Source of the DNA: Amoebophrya sp. A120
Lineage: Eukaryota > Protista > Dinoflagellata
DNA length: 31,401 nt
NCBI GenBank assembly: GCA_905178155.1
Contig: CAJINV010000037.1
Coordinates: 75,754-107,154 of the forward strand
Direction: 5' to 3'
Below are positions 11,301 to 23,300 of the stretch, in pieces; positions within the stretch are counted from its first letter, which is position 1; every line of letters begins with the position of its first letter. Both the position numbers and the translations under genes were made by a program. Under the pieces are notes generated by a model. The model saw nothing but the letters and a program-made list of their open reading frames with translations, was not told where the DNA came from and did no database searches.

Positions 11301-14300
11301 CGTGAAGGGAAAGTACTGCGAAGTGTGCTTGCTCAACAAAGAGCTTGATGAAGACGTCTCGTTCATTCCTGCTCCTGTTCCTGTACTTGTTCCTTGATCC
11401 ACCGTGAAGCAATCCCGATACTCCGCCAAAGTTACCGCCTGGTGTTGAAACTTCTCTGTCACCAATCTTGGCGCGTTCGGGACAAACCGGTTGTAGATGT
11501 GCTTGTCAAGACTTTGCTGGGAAGATGTTACCGAAGACGAACCGGCTCCAATCTCCATCCCAACCACATCATCCGCGTTGTAAAACCGGTGGTCCAACGG
11601 TTTCTCCGCCACAAACGCCATCTGCGCCTTCTCGTCGGAGAAATGCCGGAACTGGTAACTCGGCGGATGAACCACGCAGCGGTAAAATTCGCACGAAAGG
11701 CGTCCCGGGAAGGAAAAAACGTCCTTCGCCAGGTCAGAAGTTGTCTTCGGATGGTACACGACCTGATTCTTCGCGAATTCGTTTGAGGCAGACGTGGTGT
11801 TGTCTTCGGGATTGAAAACATCCTCGCTGACACCGAAATTTGGTGGAATGTTCGGGAAGGCCTGTTCGAACAAGGTTGGCGTGCTGCTGTTCGTATCTCC
11901 CCCGCCGCCCGCACCGCTGACAAAATCACTTGCTGTGAAGTTGTAGTCCATGGACGACGCGTCAGCCATAGCTGCATTCATCCCCGTCGCTGTTACTACA
12001 GGAAACCACCCTAAGTTCACGCGGAACGTCACCGACGTACAAAGCTCCGCGTCTGGGTAAGGGCAGCAGATCTCCGGCTCCACTGGAGATCCTTGTGCGG
12101 CTCCTCCCGTGCCGGGGGCGGGACTTTGTGATGCAGAATCGCCACCAGCACCCGCATATCAAAATGAAAAATCCCCCCTCCCCATATCAAAACGGAAATC
12201 TGTGATGCGGGATTTGTGTACACAAATCACATTTGTCTTGCAGGAAAGCATGGCACGCAGATGGCAAGCCTAAGGGAGGGCCTTTTGGTGTGGGGCCTAG
12301 CATGGCAGACGTCTGCCCTGGAGGCCTGGCAGCATTACAAACCGCATGCATATCGCGGCGGCCTCTCTGGATTTGCCCTCTGGCAAGACAGACCGGATTT
12401 GTGGTCACAAATCTGCATCACAAATTTTCGGAAGGACATGTTTTCAATATGGGAAGGGGGGATTTTTCCTTGCAATACCGCAGTTGTGTCTGTCGTGTTG
12501 GTCCCGTTTGCTGTGTCGTTCACCGCGTCGTCTTCCTCAGAAACAGGGCCTACCCTGCTTGTGTTGGATGACGTGTTCGTGGTCGTATTCGACCCATTTG
12601 ACGTATTCGTGTAGTTGGAACTTGTTCCCATGTCATCTTCATCATACTGCGTTCCGTCGGAGGTTGTATTCGACGCAGTAGAGGAATTTCCAACCTGATC
12701 CGCAGTTGCGTCAGAAGTATTCGAAGCCGACGTTGTATTCGAAGAATTTACAGGCTGCTCTCCTGCCCCTGACCCCGTACTAGAGCTTCCGCTACTACAA
12801 GCCTTCACGACCGCAGCGTCAACTTTCACCTGGTCGACCCAGAGCCACGACAGCTGCTGACCAGCAGAAGTAGATGAATTTCCAAGAACCCGCTGAATTT
12901 GTTCCTGCTTCTGCGTCAGAAAGAGTTCCTCCAGTGTCGCGCCCCAATACACCCCCGCCTGGTAGGAAAGTTTCTCCGGTAATATTTTTAGATCACTCGC
13001 AAAAGAACTTGAGACTGTTGCGAGTTCTGTCCGCAACTGAGTCACTTCCGCGGTGTAGCCGGGCGACGTCGAGACTGCTTGCTGATACTGAGAAGAACTT
13101 GTTGTAACTCCACCATGATCAGTGACTACACTACTGCTCCGTCTGATCTCTTCAGGGTCCAGCGTGACCTGCGCAGTGGTGCTTCCCAGGTAGAGCTGCT
13201 CTTGGAAATTTGGTCTTGGCGTACTAGATACGGCTGCTGAGGAGGACGACGACGCAGATGTAGTCGCCACCGCCGTCGATGTGCTACTATTAGACGCATT
13301 CGACGTATTGGTCTCATTGCCATGCCCAGCTGCACCCCCACTAGGTTGCCCTCCTGCTACAGCACTAGAAACTGCATCGCCCACCCCAGCACTCGCAATC
13401 CCAGTCGACGGAAAGACCAGCGTGATTTTCTGCGATAACCTTTTCTTCATCACCGTCTCCGAAAATTGCACCCCGCACTTCTGCTCGATGATGGTCTGTG
13501 TGCTACGGGTGAAGTAGGAGCTCGTGACTGTGGGGGATTGATCATGATCACTTGCCTGTTTTATCGGCAATGACTCGGAAAGCGCAAGCGCTTGCAGCTC
13601 GAAATCTCGCTGCTGTTCGACCGTCGGAGATGAATTTTCAGTTCCGGAAGCCGCGACACAAGTTGCGTTACTCGTCGTCGTCCCAGTGTCGTTCGACGCG
13701 TTGACTGCAGCCGCAGCGGAGGTGGATCCCGCCTCCGAAGCACGCATGAGAAGTTTCCTCTCCTCCTGAAACAAACAGTGTCCCACGTAAGCGAACAAAA
13801 TGCAGCACTTCTGACTTGATCCCCCGAACCTGCTGTCGAAAGATGTCTCTTGCGGGAACAGATCTGAAGATGCTGCACTAGTTGCACTACCTGCTTCGCC
13901 CAACCCGGTAATCGCACACTCTTCGTCGAAGTGGCGAAGGCTCCCGTCGTAGTTTTTCTCCATGGAAACCCCGACTAGCTTCATCAGATACAAAGCCTCC
14001 TGGTACTTTGCTGCGCAGGTTTGTCTCGCTTGGAGCAGTCTGCTCTCGTTGCTGTTGCTCGATGTCGGCACAGGTACTGGACAGGCAGGTGTTGTCGTGG
14101 TGTTCGAATCTGATGAACTATCATCTGCTACGGCCACAACAGCTGAAGTGCTGGAGTTATTTGTCGTGTTCGTGGAATTGTCTTCTCCTCCAGTTACTAC
14201 CGCGGCACCTGCTGATGTTTGCGCAACAAAGTCCCTATGGTTCAAGTAGCCCCACATCGAAAGTTTCTCGTCCTTGTAATCGTAGTAATACCGGTATACC

Positions 14301-17300
14301 CGCCAGTCGCCACTGCTCATCACCCGCTTCGTCGTGTACTGCGTCGTGAAAGTCTCGATGTTTTGGTCGCATCCTGAGTAAAAACGTCCCCTCCACCCCA
14401 GAGTTGTATATGCAAATGCGCAATAACAGGGACATTTGTAATGCGCAGCATCCCCATGAAAGGCCTTCCCAATCGTGATTTGGCATTTGTAATGTTAACA
14501 AATTGGCTTTCTCATGCGGCTTGCCTTCCTACGCACCACTATACTACACACGGGAACTTGTCATGCACATCTCCCAAAGCTTGCCGATTTGTCTAGCAGA
14601 TTTCCCGTCTTGATTCTGGTCGTGTGGGGACGTTTTTCCTCACGATAGGTCCAGAGAGGTGTTCAGCGCATTTGTGATGGTCTCGTTGTTTGTGTCGATG
14701 TCGAGGGTGTTATGGATTGCAAATATGTCTGGGTCTAGAAGGATGCAACTTGTGATGCTGCGTCCCGATTCTAAAAAAATCTGCATTGCATGGGCAGCAA
14801 GAGTAGTCCAGAAGCTGCTAGGCGGAGGGGGCGTTTCTCATGCGGTATAGGCATTAGGAAGCCCTCACAAAACCTGTCATGCTAGGGCATCCATCACAGA
14901 CGTCATGGGTCATGCAAAACGTGCATGACAAACCTTCCATTCATCCCGACCCAGACATATTTGCATTTGATAGGTGTTATTGTGCATCGTGTTTTCCCGC
15001 GGGAGATTCTCACTCACCGTCGTGTTCACATCGGGCAATAACGGCGTTTGCAGCGCTGGCTGATATCTCGTGTCGTACGGCGTTGCGGTTAGCAATAACG
15101 GGTGTGAAATCGTAGCTGCGCCGTCCACCGAAGTGACGTTCGCGTTTTGCCTCCTTTTCATATGCATTGCAAATATGTCTGGGTCTGGAAACTTGTGATG
15201 CAAGGAAGGGAATAGTGAACTCACTATGATGCGCTGCCAAGCATGACAAGTTTTTTTCATGGCTCTGAGCTGCGTACTCCGCATGACAAACTGCGTTTTT
15301 GCATGACAGGGAGGAGGAGCTCTTCGCGGCCATGCAACACAGAGTTCAGGGTCATGCCAGACTAGCATGACAAATCCAGCAATCTCCCAGACCCAGACAT
15401 TTTTGCATTTGATATTTCAGCGCCTGGGCCAGATCCTCCCAAACGGTTTGCGAGTTCGGGTGGGAGGTGGCTTTTGCAGACAGAAATTGTTGCGAAAAAG
15501 TTGTACTAGAACCTGCAGGACTACTACTACTACTAGTGCTAATTCCAGCACCAGTACCCGCACTATCAGAGCTTTCGTCTTGCAGAATGAACCTCAACAA
15601 CAAATCCGCAAAGAAACAGTCAAATTCCGCTCGGTTTCCCGCTGACACGACCGCTAGCCTCCCGAGTTGCACCTTCGCGAGTAGCCCGTAGGTCGCCTTG
15701 TGTATCCTCAAGCTGTTCGCTTCGCTACTGTCTATCTTCAGTGCGGTCTGCAGCTGCTGTTGTGCTTGTGAGGTGGATGTGGCACCCGCACTGTTCGTCG
15801 TGGTTCCTGAACCTGTTGATTGCAGATTGCATTAACATGCCATCACATGTTTGTATTGCAAATTACCTACACAGCCCCTTAAAAGCGTGCAGTTAAGCTG
15901 TTTAGTTATTGACTTCCCTTCATGTAGTCACAACACTAAGCTGTCAGTATAAAGCTGTTGAGTCACAACAATAAGCTGTTTTAGTTAAAAACAACAACAG
16001 CACGCAGTTTAAGTCACAACACTAAGCTGTCACAACCTGCACGCTGTTTAATGATTGTACTGCATCACATGGAAGGGAACACAGCTTTTAAGCGGATTGC
16101 AGATGATGCAAGCACGGAAATATCCCGGCAGGTTTTTTCTCTTGTTTCGAATACCAGAAGAACAGGACGAGCCCCTGCGTGTCGTGGACAACATGCAAAC
16201 AGTAAAGCCAAACAGCGAGAAGGGGTACGATGCTGCGAAAGTGAGGAAACTCGTCACCCCGAACGTGAGGGAGGAGGCAGATAAAGCCCAGGAGCTTTAC
16301 GACGACATGATGAAACCACACTTGGCCATCGACTTCGAACAATTCTTCACCCTATGGGATAAGACCAACAAGGCTGCAAGATTTTTGGAGTACATTCAAG
16401 GACGAGGGAACACCCAGCTTGAGAATTCACTTATCTCGAGCGGAGGCGGTTCTGGCGACACTGGCAATGCGCTTCTCCGTGGTTTTCCTCAGTTTGAAAA
16501 GGGCATGTACTACCTGGACCAGTGGACGCAGGAGGCCTTCCAGCTTTATGGAAACGTCGTCAACATGTGCAACCATCTGATGCACAAGGTGACCGGTGGC
16601 GCATTGGTACCTCTCCCGGGGCAGGGCGGTAACGGAGGGTGGTGTAAGAAGAAGGAAATGACCCCCGAACAAGGCTGCCAGCCGGATAATCTCGCGGAAG
16701 AAATATTTGGGCCAATTCCGGAGGCTAAGAGCGCTGCGGATATATTCGAGGAAACCAAGAATGGGAAAGACGTTACGGTGAGGGTGAAGCCGCTGTTTGT
16801 AGTACGGCGCCCGATAGAGGTTTTAGAGCCGATCGAAATACCATATGTGATTGCACGGAAAAATCCTACGTACACAGGAGATCGTTGCGGCGTAGCTATA
16901 TCGAGAGGAAAAGCTGATAAGTATTTTCATTTGCCTGAAAAATAAATATGAATTTTTTCTGCACCAAAGTAAAATATTTTCTGAGCCGACGAACCGCATA
17001 GTACCTGAACCTGATGTGGCACCCGCACTGTTCGTCGTGGTTCCTGAACCTGTTGATCTAGAGCTTTAACACCCGTTAGCATGAGAAGTGGTGAATTTGT
17101 AGTGAATTTTGCATGCCAAATTGCAGATGAGCCCGCCGGGACATTGTCCCTCTTGGCCCTGTTCTGGGAAGTAGAAGGCCCTGCACCGCGCAGCAGCCGC
17201 GGGCTTTTGCGCAGTGGGCAGCCAGAGGACATGGCCGGGGCGCCGTTCTTTGGGCAGATTTTTGCGCCTCCCCGTTCTCGCAGAAGAGCACTGCAGCAGC

Positions 17301-20300
17301 CGCGGCAAAGACGCCAGAAATAAAGGCCGCGAAGCGCATACAACTAAGCAAGAAGGCAGGCAAGGACGAAAGGACCCGGCCGAGAGCTTTGACGCATTTT
17401 CCCGGCAGGCGCGTGAAATCTTGTGGCATTTTTCCGGCAGGCGCTTTGATGCATTTTCCGGCGGCAAGCTAGCGTCCGCGGCCGAATCGTGCCTCCCCTT
17501 CCGCCCGAGGCTACTCCCAGATATCCAAGTCCAAGCCGAGCCAACCACAACTCGTGAGAGCATACATGTTGAACTAGTGCCCCTGTGTTCAGGCGTCGCA
17601 CTCCCTTTCGACCATTCCAGAGAGGAACTTCTCAGGCAGACGCGCAGAAGAGTAAGAGCCACCCGATCCACCTTCTTTAGTTACATACGCACTGCACAGC
17701 CCGGCGAGCCCCCGCAAGACCACCTCTTTCGGTGCTGCAAGCGCCACCACGCGACGAGCAGCCCTTCACGCTATGTGGGATGCTTGGGCTCGTGTGTCTA
17801 ATACGTAGCGCACTTGTCTTTTAAGTAAATGAAAACGCAAGTGGTCATGCAATACAAATTCACTGCAAATTCACCCTTCTGTACGCTAACGACCGTTGAA
17901 GACATAACTGTTGTCGTCGTGGCACCCGCACTGTTCGTCGTGGTTCCTGAACCTGTTGATGTGGCACTATCAAAGGAGCAAGTGAATCACTTTCAAAAGA
18001 ATCATAGGGTCGAAAAAAAAAAAATTCGGAGCGTCCCCAACTGCCGTAGCGCCTGCAGCTTTTTTCCCCGCGCCAGACACAGCTGGTCGGTAGATTGCAG
18101 TGGGCGAATGCTTGAGAAGGCTGCGACCAAAAGCCCCAGGCGTCGCATTTTGGTAAGGAGAAGGCTGCGAGATGTAGTGCGCAGAAGATGCCATAGAAGA
18201 TACCCCAAGACCAGCCCAAAGCATCATACCGTGGGGCATAATGCTACTCCGCATGGTGCTACTGGCGCACTATTCTTACTTTTGCCCTACTCTACTGTTA
18301 CCAAGTGGCAGAAGTGGAACAGTGGAGGTGTAATCACTTGAGACGTGCAGCCTGTTTCAGACGAAAAAAAAGCCAAACCCACTTGATATCTGCTAGGGTG
18401 ATTTGACGCGAAAAAGACGTGTTTCGGGCATCAATTTGATGCCAAAAATCGCGGTTTTTTGCAGGGGTGATTCAAGCAGATACTAAGCGGGAGGAGTCAA
18501 ATGAATCATAGGGCTAATTGATAGCTACAAAACGCGAGGTGATTACACCTCTTTTTTTGCTTCGAAAAAGATGAATTTTTGGCAAAAATTGAGCTTTTTT
18601 CAGAAAATCCGACACCCTCGGGACGCTACGCCCGACGGTATGGAGGTGTAATCACTTCATTTTTATGGTGTCGCTTTTCCTATCTTTAGCAATGGGCTTG
18701 TGCTTGGTATTTTGGGTTGCGAATGCTTCCCCCGAGTTGTTTGCAAGCTATTCAGGCGCGATGGCCCCAGCGTCCACTCATGGCCATTGCGTTCGTCCCC
18801 CGTAGCCACCAACCAAATAGCGCAAACCTTATCGAGAAAGGCGCGACCTTCCTGAGGAGCGTCGCTGTGTCTCAGGTTGTTTGGTTGTATATATTGGGCG
18901 CTTCCTTATGCGTGCGAGCCGGGCCATGCACTGCGATACTTGGAAAGTTTTTTTTTTCCGTATGGTGATTCATTTGTAATGTGATTCATTTACCCCTGTG
19001 ATAGGCACCCGCACTGTTCGTCGTGGTTCCTGAACCTGTTGATAGTTCGCGGATTATTTGCTTTGCCTGCTCCTCGGAGACGACTATTGTGGATTTTCTT
19101 GTTTGTTCCTCCGTGTTGTAGTTGTCCTCCATGATCTCATCTCGCATCTCCTGCATCACAGCATCATCCGAACTAGATACAACCAACGCCCGGGAAGGGG
19201 AAGATGCTCCTTCGTCTCCCAGCATCACAGAGTCCTGTTCGACTTTTCTCCTCCCAATTTTCCTCCGTCTAACCCGCCTTTGCACCGTTTGCACGACCGG
19301 AACGACTTTTTTTACCACGATTTTTTTCCTTCTTCGGATTTGTCTCACTTGCCGCTTCGCAATTTGCTTCTCCTGGATCTCCTCCTCCATCCCGGCAGGC
19401 ATCATAGAACTCAAGATGAAGTCCTCGTCTAGAAGCCTCTCGTCGTCAAAAAACAACCTTGCCTGCACCGAAGACTCCAAGTCGCGGAGGGACCGCGCGC
19501 GGAGAAGGGAACTCGGGCTATAACTGCTGGAGGAAGAACTGCTACTATTGCTGCCATTCGCGCTGCTGTTCGTGTCATTCAGCACATCTTCGGTCCCGTT
19601 GGTTCCGTTCGTCTCTGTCACATTCGTTTCGTTGTATTCTGTTACATTCGACGTCTCGTTGTACTCTGTTACATTCGTCTCGTTGTAATATTCTGTTACA
19701 TTGGTTTCGTTGTATTGTGAGGAAAAATCCCCCCTCCCCATATCGAAAAGGCACGCTTCCGAAAGTTTGCGCTGCTGATTTGAGGTCACAAATCACGTTT
19801 GTCTTGCAAGAAGACAAGGGCAAAAGCTTCGCCCCAATTATGGAGGCGATTTGTCATGCTGTTGGGCCTAAAGCGGAGCCGTTTGCCATGCTGAACAACT
19901 AGACCGATACGCCCCTGCATAGCCTGGGGATCTGGCCGCGATGCCTTCCTGCAATACAAAGCCGATTTGTGTACACAAACCCCGCATCACAGATTTCCAT
20001 TTCGATATGGGGTGGGGGGATTTTTCCTTTTGATACGTTGAATTCGGTTTCATTCACGGTCACATTCGTGAAATTCGTGACATTTTCAGATATCCTAAGT
20101 AAGAACGCACCCACGCCAGAGTTGTAATGCAGATTTGCAAAGACAGAGAGACTTGTAATGCGCATCACCATGAGAGCCATTTCCAATCCTGTTTTGGAAT
20201 TTGTGATGCTGTGAACAGGATGAGCCGATGAATCTGTAATGCGGCTGCACTTGCTAACCTGCACTACACTGCAGACCTCAACTTGTCATGCGTGACTCAC

Positions 20301-23300
20301 AAAACTCCTAGGTTTGTGTTGCAACATCCCCTTCCTGACTCTGGTGTGGGTACGTTTTTACTCAGGATATCAGACTCGAAATATTCTGTGGTCTCGTTGG
20401 TCGAATTTGTCGTGTTGACGGGCACCACATCTTCTTCTTCCGAAGCTGCTTGTGGCGGCGGTATCCTCGCGAAGCTGAAGTAATCCCTGGTGTAATTCGT
20501 GAAGGTTTTTCTCGTCGTCACCACCTCCAGCCGGACAAATTTCTCGAATTTAACCTGGTTGTTTAGTAGAACGGAGAAATCGGTTTTGGCAAAGTCGTAC
20601 ATGCGCTGATAAAAGGAAGACGTTGTATTTATCTTGCTGTTTTCCCTGTACGACTTCAAAAAATCGTCCAGATAACTCCCAGCGAACGCGTTGAACGCAT
20701 TCCCCATCGCTTTCGCGAAGAAGTGGGCGAGCAAATCTTCGTTCTGAAGAAGCATGTCTGCGGTTTGCTCCGAGTTGGCTTCGAGTAGGAGTTTCCCCTC
20801 CAGAATCGCATTGCAGGAAGTGGATTTTTGTGCTGTGGTCTGGGTAGAAGTTTGCGTTGTGTTTGAAGAGGTAGCTGTTGTTCCTCGTGTAGTTCCGGCG
20901 TTGTAGGAATCTAAAGCGGTTGCTTCCGCGGAAATATCAACGACTGGCTGCTGTGGAGCGCCGGTGGTCGCAGTAACAGTAGCTGCTGACGCAGCCACTA
21001 CGTCCCGGAACAGCCAGAATGGGTTCCTTGACGATGTTGCTCCTCCTACCGCGACCGTGGCGCCTATTGTCGTGCTATTCGAAGTCGCACTCAAAGTGTT
21101 GTTCCCAGTTGCGTTTACGTCACTTTCGTCATCTGATACGGACCCAGCTGCAGTGCTGTTTGTCACATTAGAAAAATCTGTCTCATTGGAGGTTCCATTT
21201 ACCACAGAGGATGATGAATTCGTTACATTCATTCCCATGTCGGAGGAGGAAACCGCAGCATCGTCGTACTCGGTCGTTGTATTTGAACTGTTGCTATCGT
21301 TCGCCACTTGTGCTGCTGCACTACCTGCAACTACTACATCCAGCCTCGGATCCAGCGGCAGCCAAAGTTCGTTATCGTGACAATCTCTCACCGCCTGGAC
21401 GATTCTCGGGCACGTGAGAGGCTCGAAAAAGCCTGCAGATCTGCTTGGCAAAGTAAACGAAATCCGCAAACCTGTTGCACTATCTTCAAAAACTCTCGCT
21501 AATGGGTGGGGCGGTGGAGTCGTCGTTGTGGTTACCACTGCACCCTGTGATGTTGCTGGTGATGAATCCGATTCGCCACTGGCGCTTCCCGTGCTGTTGG
21601 AGTCATTCGCTGCTGACGACGTCGTATTCGAACCTAATATTCCAGAGCTGCTATCATCCTCGGTGGAGGACGTGGTGTTATAATTCCAAGACGTCGAGCC
21701 GTTGCTTGCATTGGTTTCGTTCGTCGTGGTACTATCCGATGCTGAGTAGTTGTAGTTCGACGTATTGCTTTCATTACCAACAGCAACTGCACTGTCGTCG
21801 TCATACGCGATCGCCTGTGAAGCATTGCTTGCAGAGGACCCTCCTGTCGCTGCCTGTGCATATATCTGTTCCCCGAGACCGGAAATTTCCGCCTTCAACC
21901 AGTCATAGAAGGCGAAAGAAAAACTGATTTCACTCGCACTCGTGTTCTGTTGAAAACAGTTCTGGTAAATGGAATTCGCGTTGGTGCCAGAAAGAACGTC
22001 TTTCACACTCTTATCAATTGCAAAAATGTCTGGGTCTGGAAGGATGCAATTTGTATTGCTAATTGTGGATTGAATTGAATTGAAGTAGCGACGCCCCCTG
22101 ACGTGCCTCGGTAGCCGATTGCTCTACCAACCGGAGGTGCTAAGTACATGCTTACTTCTTCCTTCGTCGAGCACCTTATTCGCCATACAAACCGTTCGGT
22201 GAGCAATTACCCGGACTGCCGGCCCAATTTGTGCCGGTTTTGGTGTTTTAGGGAGATACCCGCAACGCCCCCACGGAGTTGGCGAAACCCTGATAGCCAG
22301 CGAGACGCAACCCTTGGCGGACCTGAACGACCTGAGACCATCCCCACCTTTGGATGTGTTGTCTCCCGCTTGTGCTGCACGTTCTGCTTCGAGCCGCCCA
22401 GACCCTGTGCCCCGCGGGATCTCGGTTCGCACAATGTTGGTTAGTACGCATCGTATCCTGATCGCGGCCGGCGAGTTTGTAGTTGGGGGGGCTACTTCTT
22501 TTCTTGAGGGGTCGAGGTAGTGGCATTGCTAATTGTGGATCGTGCAAAAATCTGTGTTGCATGAATGCCAAAAGTTGTCCACTTTTGACCAAGTTGAGAG
22601 GAAGTTTCTTATGCAGATTAGGCATGATAGGGATCTCACCGAGTCTGTCATGCTAGGTCCTGCATTCCAGACGACATGGATCATCGAAAATCTGCATGAC
22701 AAGTCTCGGAATCTTCCAGACCCAGACATTCTTGCATTTGATAACTCTCCTGTTCTAGCAAATCCCAAATCAAATCCTCGTTGGTGGTAAAAGCCCGTTT
22801 CAATTGCGAGACGACAAGAGTCCCTTCCGGGTTTGGTACCACTGTGGTTTGCGCTTGTGTTGAAGATGCTGTGTCGATTATGAGGCTCGATCTTCTCACA
22901 TTGCTCTCCGTTACATAAGGCAACGGAGTGGTGGTGGTGGTGACTGCTACAGATTGGCCTGTAGTTGTTCCTGTGGCGTTGTTCCCATTTGGCGCAGCAC
23001 TCTGATTTGAGGAATTCGTGTCGTTTGTGCTGCTGCTGTTTCGATGATCCGCGTCAGAAGTGTTCCCGTCAGCACCAGCTGCGGTCGTATTCTGCATGTA
23101 GTACTCATCTTCCGTCAGCAGCAACGCTAGTAACTGCTGACTCGTCAGGGATTCTAAGCCGTAGCTCGTCTTCACCTGCTCCACCGTCTCAAATTTTGTC
23201 GAGCTAGAGGACGAAGCAGATGAGGAACTGGTAGCTGCAGCCATACTAGCAGTGGTGGTTGTTCCACTATTTCCTCCGCTGCCGTGGTAGCTACCGTAAA

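Larger units (their letters stand above)
15813..17004 (-). other. Probable GT-AG intron (1192 nt) hosting an antisense ORF
   Basis: CAG|GTACT...CAACAG|GT, phase 1 at both ends. CAGGT is repeated at both junctions. Confidence 0.55.
15781..19043. repeat. Four identical 40-bp direct repeats (15781-15820, 17018-17057, 17921-17960, 19004-19043) separated by unrelated 1197, 863 and 1043-bp segments
   Basis: GGCACCCGCACTGTTCGTCGTGGTTCCTGAACCTGTTGAT. On the minus strand it encodes STGSGTTTNSAGA in the frame of the giant gene. Confidence 0.95.

Noticed and set aside
15821-17003. Helitron or TIR element carrying the nested ORF
   Set aside because: No TC...CTRR ends with a hairpin and no convincing TIR, so the insertion class is left open.
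17066-18341. Transposase ORFs within elements E and D
   Set aside because: Short ORFs with no recognisable DDE, RT or recombinase motifs.
15781-19043. CRISPR array or integron
   Set aside because: Spacers are about 1 kb and TE-like, the repeat is in-frame coding sequence, no cas or integrase gene is present, and the context is eukaryotic.
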